In this document: positions 7,988 to 18,390 of the stretch, in pieces
How the letters are laid out: every line of letters starts with the position of its first letter
Numbering within the stretch: position 1 is the first letter of the stretch
The notes under the pieces: model-generated
Told to the model about the DNA's origin: nothing
Database searches by the model: none
Seen by the model: the letters and a program-made list of their open reading frames with translations, nothing else
Source of the DNA: an uncultured Eubacteriales bacterium
GTDB lineage: Bacteria > Bacillota > Clostridia > Christensenellales > CAG-917
DNA length: 64,000 nucleotides
NCBI GenBank assembly: GCA_900549225.1
Contig: URNP01000003.1
Span: forward strand, 17,264-81,263
Direction of reading: 5' to 3'
Translations under genes and position numbers: made by a program

Positions 7988-10709
7988 CCGTTCTCTCCAT
8001 AGTGAAGGCTTCGATGACGTCGTCTACTTTGACGTCTTGGAAGTTGGACAACATTATGCCGCAATCAAAGTTCTTCGCCATTTCTTTGACATCGTCTTTG
8101 CCGTGGCGCAAGGACGCGATTTCGCCCGTGTATTCGACTTTGCCGTTGCGGATAAGTCTTGCTTGCGCTCCTCTGACGACTTTGCCGTCGACGACGTGGC
8201 AGCCTGCAATCGTGCCGACTCCGCTGATCTTGAAGAGTTCACGCACTTCGGCAGAACCGAGTACGACTTCTCTGAACTTGGGATCAAGCATACCCTTGAC
8301 TGCTTTTTCAATGTCTTCGATTGCGTTGTAGATGATATTGTAGAATCTGATATCGATTTTCTTTTGCGCCGCAAGTTGCTTTGCGTTGCTGTCGGGGCGA
8401 ACGTTGAATCCGATGATGATTGCGCCCGAAGTTTCTGCAAGCAAGACGTCGCTTTCTTTGATTCCGCCGACTGCGGCGTGAATGATATCGATATTGACTT
8501 CTTCGTTGCCGAGTTTGGCAAGAGATTGTTTGACTGCTTCGACCGAGCCTTGTACGTCCGCTTTGATGATGAGTTTGACGGATTTGAGTTCGCCTTTTGA
8601 AATTCTGTCAAACAGGTCGTTGAGCGAAACGGAAGTTGACTCCGTCTGACTTGAGGCGAGTTTGAGTTTTCTTTCCTCTGCGAGTTCTCTTGCAAACTTC
8701 TCGTCAGCAACGACGTCGATTCTGTCACCCGCTTCGGGAACGTCGTCCCAACCCGTGACCGATACCGGCATGGAAGGTCCTGCTTTCTTGACTTTTCTGC
8801 CTTTGTCGTCGATCATTGCGCGGATCTTGCCGGTGCAAGTGCCTGCAACGACGTTATCTCCGACGTGCAACGTACCCGTTTGAACGAGGATAGTTGCAAT
8901 TTTGCCGAGTCCTTTGTCGAGTTTTGCCTCGATAATAGTACCTCTTGCGTTTCTGTCGGGATTTGCACGCAATTCTTCGACTTCGGCACGGACGAGGATT
9001 TGTTCAAGCAAATCTTCAACGCCCATACCGGTTTTTGCCGATACGCGAACGACGGGAGTGTCGCCGCCCCATTCTTCGGGAGTTACGCCGTTTTCTGCAA
9101 GTTGAGAAAGAACTCTGTCGGGATTCGCGCCCGCTCTGTCCATCTTGTTCATCGCAACGATGATGGGAACGTTTGCTTGCTTTGCATGGCTGATTGCCTC
9201 AAGAGTCTGAGGCATAACGCCGTCGTCAGCCGCTACGACCAAAATCGCAATATCGGTGACTTGCGCGCCGCGAGCACGCATCGAAGTGAACGCTTCGTGT
9301 CCCGGCGTGTCGAGGAACGTGATCGGATTGCCCTTCAACGATACCGTGTACGCGCCGATATGTTGCGTGATTCCGCCTGCTTCGCCGCCCGTGACGTTCG
9401 ACTTTCTGATATAGTCGAGAAGCGACGTTTTGCCGTGGTCGACGTGTCCCATAATGGTGACGACAGGCGGACGAGGAACGAGATTTTCAAGTTCTTCTAC
9501 GTCGTCGACTTCAAGTTGCGCTATGAGCGTATCTTCAAGCGTGACGTCGGGTTTGTATTCGAGTTTAATGCCGAATTCGTCGGCAACGAGTTCCGCAGTG
9601 GCAAAATCGATGCTGTCGTTTATGGTCTTCATTATGCCGAGCACGAAGAGCGTTTTGACGATTTCAGCCGCGGATTTGCCGATCTTTTCGCTCAAAGTCT
9701 TGATGGAAACGGGATCGGTGGTGATGACTGCGTTTTCAATGATGACCGTCGCGCTGTTGCCTCCGCCTCTGTTTTTGTTGACTTTGTAATTGCGTACGAT
9801 GGCTTCGCCGTCTTCGTCATAGGAAATTCTGTCGTCGACGAGATAGCCCCTCTTCATAAGAGCACGCTTGTTCATCGTCGATTTATCGTCGAATTTGCTT
9901 GAACCCGAGTTGGAATTCTGTTTGCCGCCTTTGCCCTTTTGCGCAGCAGGTTTAGGAGGAAATTGCTGTGCGGCGTTGGCTACGCTTGCAGACGACGACG
10001 GACGTCTTAATCCGTTTTGACCTTGACCTTGGCCTTGCGGTCTTTGTCCTTGATATCCGCCTTGATTTTGTTGCGGCTTCGGACCTCTGGGTTGTTGATA
10101 TCCGCCCTGTCCGAAAACGCGGGTTTGTACCTTCGGCTTCGGCGTCGGCGGAACGTAAATTCTGCGGACTTCGCCGTTGGGTAGAATCTCGGGGTTCTCC
10201 TGCGCAAGTTCAAAGGGAGTTTTGGGCACTACCGTAACGTGCGGTTTCTTGGTCACGTCTTGTTTTTTCTCCTCCGCTTTGGGAGCGACGGGCTCTGCCT
10301 TTTTCTCTTCCTTCTTCTCTTCCTTTTGAGGAGCGGGAGCAGGTTGCGGCTTTTTCTCTTCGCTGACGGCGGGAGTCGGTTTTTCTTCTTTTTCGACTTT
10401 CGCTTCCGCATCCTTCGCTACTTCCGCAACGGGCTTTTCTTCGGATTTATTTTGGATTTCCTTTTCTATCTCTTTCTCTTTTTCGTCGAAAACGGCTTTT
10501 TCGTTCGCTCTTGCTTCCTCTTTCGCCTTTTCGATTTCGGCGGCTTTTTGCGCAAGTTCGTCACGCTTTGCCTTGATTGACGCCATTATAACGGCGGCTC
10601 TCGATTTCTGACGAGAGATATTCTCGGTAAGTTCAACCAACTTGGTCGCCTTGTACTCGCCGAGCATTTTTACGGAATCCACGTTTGCTTCTTTTTTGAT
10701 TTCGGGCAT
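7977..10709 (-). CDS. infB: translation initiation factor IF-2
   Basis: ORF 7977-10826 with start taken at ATG 10709 (MPEIKKE...) after GAGGTG SD. GTPase motifs [20 protein letters not shown] and NKMD. Low-complexity N-terminal region. Confidence 0.96.
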   Translation of the reverse strand: MPEIKKEANVDSVKMLGEYKATKLVELTENISRQKSRAAVIMASIKAKRDELAQKAAEIEKAKEEARANEKAVFDEKEKEIEKEIQNKSEEKPVAEVAKDAEAKVEKEEKPTPAVSEEKKPQPAPAPQKEEKKEEKKAEPVAPKAEEKKQDVTKKPHVTVVPKTPFELAQENPEILPNGEVRRIYVPPTPKPKVQTRVFGQGGYQQPRGPKPQQNQGGYQGQRPQGQGQGQNGLRRPSSSASVANAAQQFPPKPAAQKGKGGKQNSNSGSSKFDDKSTMNKRALMKRGYLVDDRISYDEDGEAIVRNYKVNKNRGGGNSATVIIENAVITTDPVSIKTLSEKIGKSAAEIVKTLFVLGIMKTINDSIDFATAELVADEFGIKLEYKPDVTLEDTLIAQLEVDDVEELENLVPRPPVVTIMGHVDHGKTSLLDYIRKSNVTGGEAGGITQHIGAYTVSLKGNPITFLDTPGHEAFTSMRARGAQVTDIAILVVAADDGVMPQTLEAISHAKQANVPIIVAMNKMDRAGANPDRVLSQLAENGVTPEEWGGDTPVVRVSAKTGMGVEDLLEQILVRAEVEELRANPDRNARGTIIEAKLDKGLGKIATILVQTGTLHVGDNVVAGTCTGKIRAMIDDKGRKVKKAGPSMPVSVTGWDDVPEAGDRIDVVADEKFARELAEERKLKLASSQTESTSVSLNDLFDRISKGELKSVKLIIKADVQGSVEAVKQSLAKLGNEEVNIDIIHAAVGGIKESDVLLAETSGAIIIGFNVRPDSNAKQLAAQKKIDIRFYNIIYNAIEDIEKAVKGMLDPKFREVVLGSAEVRELFKISGVGTIAGCHVVDGKVVRGAQARLIRNGKVEYTGEIASLRHGKDDVKEMAKNFDCGIMLSNFQDVKVDDVIEAFTMERTDEN

Positions 10710-10711
10710 AT

Positions 10712-10987
10712 TCACCTCAATACTCCGACAACGGCTTTTGCCAGACTGTCGTTCGTTATCGCGATAGCGTTGACGCCTTCTCTGTGCAACACTTCGCATA
10801 GACCGTCCACGATAAACACGGGACAATCACCAATCTTTCTCAATATCCTTTCTTTGTACTTATCGCTTGCCGAAGACGATACGAGCACCACTTTTGCGAG
10901 ATGAATCTTCTCGCAAATTATATCTTCGCCGTATAGCACCGAGCCCGAGCGTTGCGCAAGCCCGACGTAAGCACCGATTTTACTCAT
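10712..10987 (-). CDS. ylxQ: L7Ae/L30e-family RNA-binding protein YlxQ
   Basis: 91 aa, in the conserved slot between ylxR and infB. Confidence 0.8.
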   Translation of the reverse strand: MSKIGAYVGLAQRSGSVLYGEDIICEKIHLAKVVLVSSSASDKYKERILRKIGDCPVFIVDGLCEVLHREGVNAIAITNDSLAKAVVGVLR

Positions 10988-11237
10988 TTATCTCTCCGTA
11001 TATCTCGTCGCCTACGTTGCTTTTGAACGCGGCGTTGAGCATCTTTTTCTTGATAAGTTTGCTTGTGCAATCTTCGCTCCCGTGAACCCATACGCCTCTG
11101 CCGTCCGCTTTTTGAGTGCGGTCAAGCGCGACTTTTCCGTCTGCCGTTTTGACGAATCTGAGCATTTCCGATTTGTCGGAGTGCTCCTTGCAGACGATAC
11201 ATTTTCGAGTGTTCTTGGGATGAGACATTTTATTCAC
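10980..11237 (-). CDS. ylxR: YlxR/RnpM family (DUF448) RNA-binding protein
   Basis: 85 aa with RKCIVCKE...DGRGVWV motifs, directly after nusA. Confidence 0.85.
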   Translation of the reverse strand: MNKMSHPKNTRKCIVCKEHSDKSEMLRFVKTADGKVALDRTQKADGRGVWVHGSEDCTSKLIKKKMLNAAFKSNVGDEIYGEINE

Positions 11238-12300
11238 CTTGCACTTCTTGCTCGTCGACTTTGAGCGTGGAATAGGGCTTGACGTCTATCTTCCAACCGG
11301 TAAGTTTTGCCGCAAGACGTGCGTTTTGACCGCTTCTGCCGATTGCAAGCGAGAGTTTCTCGTCGGGAACGATGACTTTTGCGTTCTTCTCTTCCTCGTT
11401 GATGGAAACCATAAGCACTTGCGCAGGCGAAAGCGCGCGAGCAATATATTCGATGGGATCGTCGCAATACTCGATAACGTCGATCTTCTCGCCGCCGAGT
11501 TCCGCTACGACCGCGTTGACTCTCACGCCCTTGTTGCCGATGCAACTGCCGACTGCGTCGACATTGGGATCTTCGCTCGAAACCGAAAGTTTGGTGCGGA
11601 ATCCTGCCTCGCGGACGATGCTGTTGATTTTGACGAGTCCTGCTTTGATTTCGGGAACTTCAAGTTCGAAAAGTCTGCGGACGAAGCCTGCCGAACTTCT
11701 CGATACTACGACTTGCGCGCCGTGCAAACCGTCGCGGATCTTCTTGACGTAAACTTTGATCACGTCGTTGACGTTGTACGTCTCGGTGGGAACTTGGTCT
11801 TGTTGCATCATCACGCCTTCCATTTGCGTGCCGGTGATTTCAACGTAAACGGTGTTTCCTTCCTTTCTTCTGACGATTGCGCTGAGGATTTCGCCCGTGC
11901 GCTCGCTCATTTCGTTGAGAACGAGTTCTTTCTTATAATCGTTGATGCGTTGCAAAATGACTTGCTTTGCCGTTTGCGCCGCAATACGAGAAAAGTCCTT
12001 GGGCGTGATGTCTTCGATGACTACGTCGCCGACTTTGTACTTTTTGTCGATGTCTTGCGCGTCTTCAAGAGAAATTTGCGACTCTTCGTCTTCGACTTCT
12101 TCGACGACGAGTTTGTGCGCGTAAACTTTGTAGGTCATCTTTTCTTCGTTCAAACGAACGGAAATCTGACTTGCAAAGCCGTATTCCTTCTTGTACGCAG
12201 AAACGAGTCCCGCTTCGATGGATTCGATCATCGACTCTTTGGGAATGCGTTGTTCCTTTTCAAGATCGTCTAATGCTTGAAAGAACTCTTTGTTTATCAT
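11230..12300 (-). CDS. nusA: transcription termination/antitermination factor NusA
   Basis: 356 aa with NusA N-domain, S1 and two KH regions (GNKGVRV, IGRSGQNARLA). Confidence 0.96.
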   Translation of the reverse strand: MINKEFFQALDDLEKEQRIPKESMIESIEAGLVSAYKKEYGFASQISVRLNEEKMTYKVYAHKLVVEEVEDEESQISLEDAQDIDKKYKVGDVVIEDITPKDFSRIAAQTAKQVILQRINDYKKELVLNEMSERTGEILSAIVRRKEGNTVYVEITGTQMEGVMMQQDQVPTETYNVNDVIKVYVKKIRDGLHGAQVVVSRSSAGFVRRLFELEVPEIKAGLVKINSIVREAGFRTKLSVSSEDPNVDAVGSCIGNKGVRVNAVVAELGGEKIDVIEYCDDPIEYIARALSPAQVLMVSINEEEKNAKVIVPDEKLSLAIGRSGQNARLAAKLTGWKIDVKPYSTLKVDEQEVQGE

Positions 12301-12312
12301 TGTTTTGTCCTC

Positions 12313-12789
12313 CTAAAACCTGACGTACGGTTGTACTTTGGTCAATAAATTTCGTTGTATTTTCGTTTCCTTCGGATTTTTTCCGTCGGTTTTTATCGTT
12401 ATACTCTCGCCATCAAACGCTACGAGCGTTCCGTGCGATTTCTTCTTGTTCGTGTCGAAAATCTCGATTTCGGTGTCGAGCGCGCGGCGGAAATCGTCGT
12501 CGGTCACGATTTTTCTGTCAAGACCTTGCGAGGATACGTTAAGAACGTAGTCTTCGTCAAATTCGTCTTCGATTGCGTCGAGTTTTGCGGATAATACGTT
12601 GTGCACCTTCTCGCAATCGTTGAGGTCGATCCCCTCTTTTTTCCACAAAAGCGCTTCGACGACGGGCTTGCCGTACTGCTTGTAAAACGCAACGTCTACG
12701 AGTTCGACGTTTTCGTCTGCCTCTTGCACCGCTTCGAGCGCAAGATTCTTCACTTTTTCACGGAGTTCAACCGAGATTTCGCTTGCCAT
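12313..12789 (-). CDS. rimP: ribosome maturation factor RimP
   Basis: ORF 12313-12855 with start at ATG 12789 (MASEISVEL...) after AGAGGTG SD, upstream of nusA. Confidence 0.88.
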   Translation of the reverse strand: MASEISVELREKVKNLALEAVQEADENVELVDVAFYKQYGKPVVEALLWKKEGIDLNDCEKVHNVLSAKLDAIEDEFDEDYVLNVSSQGLDRKIVTDDDFRRALDTEIEIFDTNKKKSHGTLVAFDGESITIKTDGKNPKETKIQRNLLTKVQPYVRF

Positions 12790-12883
12790 ATTCACCTCTT
12801 TGGGCCGATTTTGTCGAATCGCCCCTTCTAAAACAAAGAGTGAGCCGTCGCTCACTCTAGTAAGGTTTTACTATAGTATTTAA

Positions 12884-12912
12884 ATATTAACATATAAAAA
12901 GTATTGTTGCAA
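12884..12912 (-). promoter_or_regulatory. sigma-A type promoter candidate for the rimP-nusA-infB operon (TTGCAA-17-TAATAT)
   Basis: On the minus strand: TTGCAA (12912-12907), 17 nt, TAATAT (12889-12884), preceded by TGT. Confidence 0.45.
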
Positions 12913-13051
12913 GCGTTTTGAGCCGATAATGCAAAATATATTTATATATTTTTCCCGAAAGTCGAGAATTGCTGCATTTTGATTGCGAAAATGCGAATTT
13001 CGTTTTTATAGTGAATAAGTTACGTTGCAGTTCGCGCGCAAACGGGTGACG

Positions 13052-14644
13052 TTACATTCTCTTTGCTATCTCTTGCAATGCGCCGAAAGTGGCGTAAACG
13101 TCGCTCATCGCTCTGTGCGCGTTTTCGTGAGAGATGCCGTAGGCTTTGGATATGGTTTCGAGTTTGCAATTGGGAAGTTCGGTGAGATACTTTCTTGCCA
13201 AAAGCAACGTGTCGCAAAGTTCGTTGTCGAAATTGTAGCCCATCTTTTCGCTGATTCGGGAAACGATGGGATAATCGTAACCCGCTATATTGTGACCGCA
13301 AAGAATCGAGCCGTGCGCAAACTTGAAAAAGTCGGGCATTACACTTTCGATGCTCGGCGCGTCAAGCACCATTGCGTTGGAAATGTGCGTTATCGCCGTA
13401 ATTTCCTCTGATATGGCCGCAAGAGGCTTGACGAGAGTCTGGAAGGTTTCAGTCGGAACACCGTTTACGACTTTGAGAGCGGCAAGTTCGATAATCTCCG
13501 CGATTTCGGTCTTGAGATCGGTGGTTTCGAGGTCGAAAATAACGAAGGTTTTGTCCTTGAAGAAATCACTGATAATTGGTGCGGGTTTTTCGGCATCTAA
13601 CAAGGTTTTTTCGCTCATATCGACGTATTTTTGCGGAGTGATCGTGACGTATTTTTCGGGTACGGGTTTGATCGAGGTGAGATGAATGCTTGCAAAATCT
13701 ATCTCGGCCTCAAACATTGCGTTGACTTGAAAAGACCACGCTCCCGAAAATTGCGACCAGGTGACTTTGCCCATACAAATCACTTGCGATTGGTCTTTAA
13801 GTGCGACGATTCTGTCTGCGTCTTCCTCTCTAGCGACGAAACTTACGCCCTCGATTCTGCCCGTCGTGTCGTCGAGCACGAATTTTACGAAAGGCAAAGT
13901 TTCGGGTCCGCTCTTGGGGTCGTCGGGATTGTATTTCTTGTTTTTGTAGGATTTTTTCTCGATTTGAGAAATTTTTCCGCACAAAACGATATTGTCGCAA
14001 GCGCCTTTGACGTCGATTATGTAATTTGGCATCTGCGATATGCCGTCGATTTTGCCTCTTGCATACACTTTTTCTCCGACTCTCGCGCTTACGAGGCGCA
14101 AAGAAGAGTCGGTGTGCAAAGTGGTGTCGATATGGAAATCCAAATCGTCTTCTTTTTTGTCCGAAAACAAGCCTTCTTCGACGATGATATCGATATTTTG
14201 ATTGAAAGAGCAATCAAGATACTCGTTGAGCCTATCAAGCAAGTCGCCTGCAGTCAAAAGTTTGTAAGTGGGTGTATCGAGAACGAATTTTACGTCGATA
14301 TCATTGTCGCCGACTTCGATTTTGAGCGTATCATCGTTGATGCACCTGAAAATCATCTGATTGTTGCGATTGAAAAATTCAAGAACTTTGTTTTTTACCA
14401 CGTTGTTGTCGGCATACGTTCTTATGTATTGCACGCTCACGTCAACGCCCGAAAACATTTGGCGAATTATATCGAGAACCTTTTTCTTGCTTTCTTCGTC
14501 GAAAGAACGCACCTCGAATGCGGAAATGATAAATTTGACGACCAACTCTCTTTTGTCCTTATAGTAGGTCGCACTGTTGAGTTTGAGCATCGGGAACTCG
14601 CCTTTGCTCTTTATCGTAAACTCCTCAAAAAACTTCGTTGACAT
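13052..14644 (-). CDS. PolC-like N-terminal/OB-fold protein fused to a DEDDh 3'-5' exonuclease, with no polymerase domain
   Basis: 530 aa, GAGGT SD. Exo I FVIFDLETTDL, Exo II GHNIAGYDYPIV, Exo III HRAMSDVYATF. OB-like segment IVLCGKISQIEKK...VICMGKVTWSQF. It occupies the polC position upstream of rimP. Confidence 0.8.
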   Translation of the reverse strand: MSTKFFEEFTIKSKGEFPMLKLNSATYYKDKRELVVKFIISAFEVRSFDEESKKKVLDIIRQMFSGVDVSVQYIRTYADNNVVKNKVLEFFNRNNQMIFRCINDDTLKIEVGDNDIDVKFVLDTPTYKLLTAGDLLDRLNEYLDCSFNQNIDIIVEEGLFSDKKEDDLDFHIDTTLHTDSSLRLVSARVGEKVYARGKIDGISQMPNYIIDVKGACDNIVLCGKISQIEKKSYKNKKYNPDDPKSGPETLPFVKFVLDDTTGRIEGVSFVAREEDADRIVALKDQSQVICMGKVTWSQFSGAWSFQVNAMFEAEIDFASIHLTSIKPVPEKYVTITPQKYVDMSEKTLLDAEKPAPIISDFFKDKTFVIFDLETTDLKTEIAEIIELAALKVVNGVPTETFQTLVKPLAAISEEITAITHISNAMVLDAPSIESVMPDFFKFAHGSILCGHNIAGYDYPIVSRISEKMGYNFDNELCDTLLLARKYLTELPNCKLETISKAYGISHENAHRAMSDVYATFGALQEIAKRM

Positions 14645-14686
14645 ATCAAACCTCGCGATTTTTGTCTAAAGTATTCTAATTTTGCA

Positions 14687-15751
14687 TTATTTTGACAATA
14701 CTTCTTGTAATAATTTATCAAATTCTTCCATAAGATTGGCACTTGGAACGGTTTTGTAAATTTTGCCGCGGAGCAAGATAACGCTCTTCTCTTTTCCGCC
14801 TGCGATACCAATATCGCTGTGCTCGCCCTCGCCTATTCCGTTGAGCGGACAACCGAGAATGGATATTTTGACGGGTTTATCAATGCCTGCCGTCATCATC
14901 TCGACTTTGTTGGCAAGTCCTTCAACGTCGATTTCCGTGCGCGCGCAAGTCGGGCAAGCAACAACTTCGACCGCATTTTTGCGAAGTCCGAGCGTTTGAA
15001 GAATCTTCTTGCCCGCAAGCACTTCTTCGCATACGTTCGTTGAAAGCGAAACTCTTATCGTGTCGCCTATTCCCTCGCCGAGCAACGTCCCGATGCCGAT
15101 TGCCGATTTCACAAGTCCCGTGCGGAGCGTTCCTGCTTCGGTTACGCCGATATGCAAGGGATAATCGCACGCTTTTGCAAGCATTCTGTTTGCCTTGACG
15201 TTGAGCATCGTGTCGGAAGCCTTGATTGCAATGACGATATCCTTTAATCCTGCGCTCTCAAATGCGTTTGCGCACTCGAGCGCACTCTCGCAAAGCGCTT
15301 TTGCTTCGTCCATCCCTTTGAACTTGGGATCGAGCGAGCCGCCGTTTACGCCGACACGGACGGGTACGCCCATATCTGCCATTCTTTCGGCAAGCGGTTT
15401 GATTTGCGAAAAATCACGCATATTGCCCGGATTCATACGAATCTTCTTCGCTCCTGCGTCGAGCGCCATATGAGCGAGTTTATAATTGTAATGTATGTCG
15501 GCAATGAGCGGCAATCCGCATCTCTTTGCGATTTCGCCGAAGGCAAGCGCAGACGCTTCGTCGGGAACGGCAAGGCGTATAAGGTCGCAGCCCACTGCTT
15601 TGAGCGCGTTTATCTGCGCAAGCGAGCCTTCGACGTCCGTCGTTTTGGTGTTGAGCATCGATTGAACGCTTATTGGAGCATCGCCGCCGATTGCAACGTC
15701 GCCGACGAATACCTGTCTTGTTTTTCTTCTCTCTATCATAGTTTTATCCAT
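14687..15751 (-). CDS. ispG: 4-hydroxy-3-methylbut-2-en-1-yl diphosphate synthase
   Basis: 354 aa GcpE family. C-terminal cluster ligands VACPTCART...GCPLNGIGEGE. Confidence 0.95.
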   Translation of the reverse strand: MDKTMIERRKTRQVFVGDVAIGGDAPISVQSMLNTKTTDVEGSLAQINALKAVGCDLIRLAVPDEASALAFGEIAKRCGLPLIADIHYNYKLAHMALDAGAKKIRMNPGNMRDFSQIKPLAERMADMGVPVRVGVNGGSLDPKFKGMDEAKALCESALECANAFESAGLKDIVIAIKASDTMLNVKANRMLAKACDYPLHIGVTEAGTLRTGLVKSAIGIGTLLGEGIGDTIRVSLSTNVCEEVLAGKKILQTLGLRKNAVEVVACPTCARTEIDVEGLANKVEMMTAGIDKPVKISILGCPLNGIGEGEHSDIGIAGGKEKSVILLRGKIYKTVPSANLMEEFDKLLQEVLSK

Positions 15752-15813
15752 ATCGCAAATCGGCGTTTAGCCGATTAGATTGTCGATTTTTATCTGTAAA
15801 TTATATTTCAGCC

Positions 15814-17136
15814 CTATCCTTTGACAAGGTGGAATATATCGAGGAACACCGCAAGCACGATCAATAGGACGAGTCCGACGGTGTGGATTATGCCCTCGAT
15901 TTTTCTCGGAACTGGTTTTCTGAATATCATTTCTATAAGCGTAAACAACATTCTGCTTCCGTCAAGCGCGGGAAAGGGCAATAGATTCATAACAGCAAGG
16001 TTTGCCGAGATTATCGCAACGACGTAAAGGAAACTGTCGAAGCCGAGCGAAGTGATTTGCGCCATCATCTTGATTGTGGTGATAGTGCCGCCTGCGTTTT
16101 CAATGCCCGATTTGCCCGTGATAAGCGCACCGAGCGAGGCAAGAATCTTGAATACGATGAAGAAACTGAAGCCCCACGCTCTGCCGAACGCAAGGAAAAA
16201 CGGAAGTTTTGCGTGCGTAAGACTGCGTGTGATTCCGAATCCGTAACTGTAAAAACCGTCGATATCGCTTGCAACTACGCCTTTTTGCACGCTCATCGAA
16301 CTTTGCTCTACGATTTTGCCGTCCTCGCCGTATTTTACGACGACGAGCGTGATCTTTTGAGCCGAATCTATCTCGTTTTGCTCGACGTATTCTCCGAGTG
16401 CGCTCGCTTTTATGGGGGTTTCGAGTTTTTTTCCGTTTATAACGGCAATGAAATCATCCTCGTCAAAGGGTTGATAATAGAATTTGTCCGCAGTGATTTT
16501 GACTCTCTTGCCTCCGCGAAGAACCCAAAAATACGAGTTGTCGGACAAATCCTTGAAGGCGTTGTCCAAATCTTCCTGAAGCATAATATTGACTTGCTTG
16601 CCGTTGATGTTGAGAATTACGTCGCCTTCCTGAAATACGTTTTGATAAGTGGCGGTGTTGTGAACGTCTACGACGTTTGGAAGAAGTTGTCCGTATGCGG
16701 TAAAGTAAATCGTGATTATGACGATTGCGCTCAAAAAGTTCATAAAAGCGCCCGACAAGAGCACTATAAGGCGTTTCCAAGGCTTCTGATTGTTGAAAGC
16801 GTCGGGATCTTTGACGATATTGCCGTTTTCGTCTTTGATCTGATTGCCGTTTTCGTCAACCATTGCGCCTTCGGCGTCCTCGCCGTGAAAAGCGCAAAAT
16901 CCGCCTATCGGAAACGGGCGCAACGTGAATAATTCGCCCGTCTTTTTGTTGCGTTTTTTGATGATTGCAGGTCCGAAACCGATTGCAAATTCGTCAATTT
17001 TGAAACCGAGCAATTTGCCTGCGGTGTAATGTCCCAACTCGTGGATGACGATCATCACCATAAGCGCAAGAACGGCTGCGATAACGTAGCCGATATATGT
17101 GAAAACTTCGCCTGCAGTTGCCGAAATAACGTACAC
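15814..17136 (-). CDS. rseP: RIP metalloprotease RseP (site-2 protease)
   Basis: ORF 15814-17334 with GTG start at 17136 after AGGAG, overlapping the dxr stop by 1 nt. HELGH zinc motif, PDZ region, NLLPFPALDG motif. Confidence 0.9.
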   Translation of the reverse strand: MYVISATAGEVFTYIGYVIAAVLALMVMIVIHELGHYTAGKLLGFKIDEFAIGFGPAIIKKRNKKTGELFTLRPFPIGGFCAFHGEDAEGAMVDENGNQIKDENGNIVKDPDAFNNQKPWKRLIVLLSGAFMNFLSAIVIITIYFTAYGQLLPNVVDVHNTATYQNVFQEGDVILNINGKQVNIMLQEDLDNAFKDLSDNSYFWVLRGGKRVKITADKFYYQPFDEDDFIAVINGKKLETPIKASALGEYVEQNEIDSAQKITLVVVKYGEDGKIVEQSSMSVQKGVVASDIDGFYSYGFGITRSLTHAKLPFFLAFGRAWGFSFFIVFKILASLGALITGKSGIENAGGTITTIKMMAQITSLGFDSFLYVVAIISANLAVMNLLPFPALDGSRMLFTLIEMIFRKPVPRKIEGIIHTVGLVLLIVLAVFLDIFHLVKG

Positions 17137-18287
17137 TATTTCACTCCTATCACAGAATAAGTGTATTTTCGTGCTTGCTCGTCTATGCCAAGAACGTCCT
17201 CGAGTTCGACTTTTCCGACTTTCTTGAACTTCGTCAAAACTTTCGAGAGCGCGTTTGCGATCTCGGGATATTTGATTTTGCCTTTCAAAAACTCTTCGAC
17301 GAGCACTTCGTCGGCGGCAGATACCGCTATGCAAGCGCCCTCGCCTGCATTTGCCGCGTCTATTGCGCTTTTAAGGCACGGGAATCTGTCGTAATCGGGT
17401 GCGGAAAACGAAAGCGAGCCGAGTTTTGTAAGATCGAGCGGCGCAACGCTGTCTTTGCCGTGTTCGGGATAATAAAGCGCGGTTTCGATCGCAAGGCGCA
17501 TATCGGGAACGGAGAAAAGCCCTTTCATTCCGCCGTCGGTGAACTCGACGAGAGAATGGACCACGCTTTCTCTGTGCATAACGACTTTTACGTCCTTTGC
17601 TTCAACCTCGAACAAGCGCATCGCTTCGATGACTTCAAGCCCTTTGTTGAACAACGTCGCAGAGTCTATGGTTACCTTTTTGCCCATATTCCATACGGGG
17701 TGTTTTAAGGCATCCTCTGCTTTGACTTTGGCAAGAGCGCTCGTCGGTAAATCGCGTAAAGCACCGCCGCTTGCCGTCAAAACCAGGCTTCTAACGCACT
17801 TTTTGTCCTCTCCGCGCAAGCACGAGAAGATTGCGGAATGCTCGGTGTCAAGAGGCAAAATCTTGCCGCCGTACTTTTTTTCGAGCGCTTTGAGGTGTCT
17901 GCCTGCGCATACGATGGTTTCCTTGTTGGCAATTGCCAACGTGCCGCCTCTTTTTAAGGTTGCGACTGCCGCCCAAAGTCCCGCAATGCCCGTGACTGCC
18001 AAAACGACTACGTCCGAGGGGATGCTTGCAAGTTCTTCAAGCGAAGAAAGGCACTTTGAAGTTTTGTCGTCTTCCAAAAAATCAAAAAGCGAACTTTGAA
18101 CTTCCACCGCTCCGCCCGGGAAATAATAGTGAGTGGGATTGAATTTTTCAATCTGCTCGCGAAGGAGCGTTTCGTTGGTATAAGCGGAAAGTCCGACGAC
18201 TTTGAAGGCGTCGGGGTGTGCGCAAATCGAGTCGAGCACCTGTCTTCCAACAGAGCCCGTACTTCCGAGTATTGTGATAGTTTTCAT
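17136..18287 (-). CDS. dxr: 1-deoxy-D-xylulose 5-phosphate reductoisomerase
   Basis: 383 aa with N-terminal ILGSTGSVG NADPH motif, and full-length Dxr resemblance. Confidence 0.96.
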   Translation of the reverse strand: MKTITILGSTGSVGRQVLDSICAHPDAFKVVGLSAYTNETLLREQIEKFNPTHYYFPGGAVEVQSSLFDFLEDDKTSKCLSSLEELASIPSDVVVLAVTGIAGLWAAVATLKRGGTLAIANKETIVCAGRHLKALEKKYGGKILPLDTEHSAIFSCLRGEDKKCVRSLVLTASGGALRDLPTSALAKVKAEDALKHPVWNMGKKVTIDSATLFNKGLEVIEAMRLFEVEAKDVKVVMHRESVVHSLVEFTDGGMKGLFSVPDMRLAIETALYYPEHGKDSVAPLDLTKLGSLSFSAPDYDRFPCLKSAIDAANAGEGACIAVSAADEVLVEEFLKGKIKYPEIANALSKVLTKFKKVGKVELEDVLGIDEQARKYTYSVIGVK

Positions 18288-18390
18288 TTTATCCTTAGAA
18301 ACCTGCGCGCCGCCAAGGCAGAGATTTGAAGTCTTTTGCAGGCTCTTTATTGTCAGTATAAATCGCGATTATTAAATTCAAATGAAAGAA

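Noticed and set aside
8865-9902. Long ORFs antisense to recognised genes: 8865-9902 in infB, 11239-12273 in nusA, 13631-14641, 16057-16932, 22036-23007, 23014-23847, 43501-44601, 48735-49745, 49816-50823, 52654-53727 and 57982-59010
   Set aside because: Each lies wholly inside a gene with strong family motifs on the other strand. Their products are Phe/Val/Arg/Cys-rich with no recognisable motifs and no Shine-Dalgarno sequence. They are typical shadow ORFs of a codon-biased genome.
10239-10580. Phe/Leu-rich ORFs antisense to low-complexity coding regions: 10239-10580 in infB and 40012-40854 in the coiled-coil gene
   Set aside because: They are mirror images of GAA/AAG-rich (Glu/Lys) coding repeats on the other strand, and are an artefact of low-complexity sequence.
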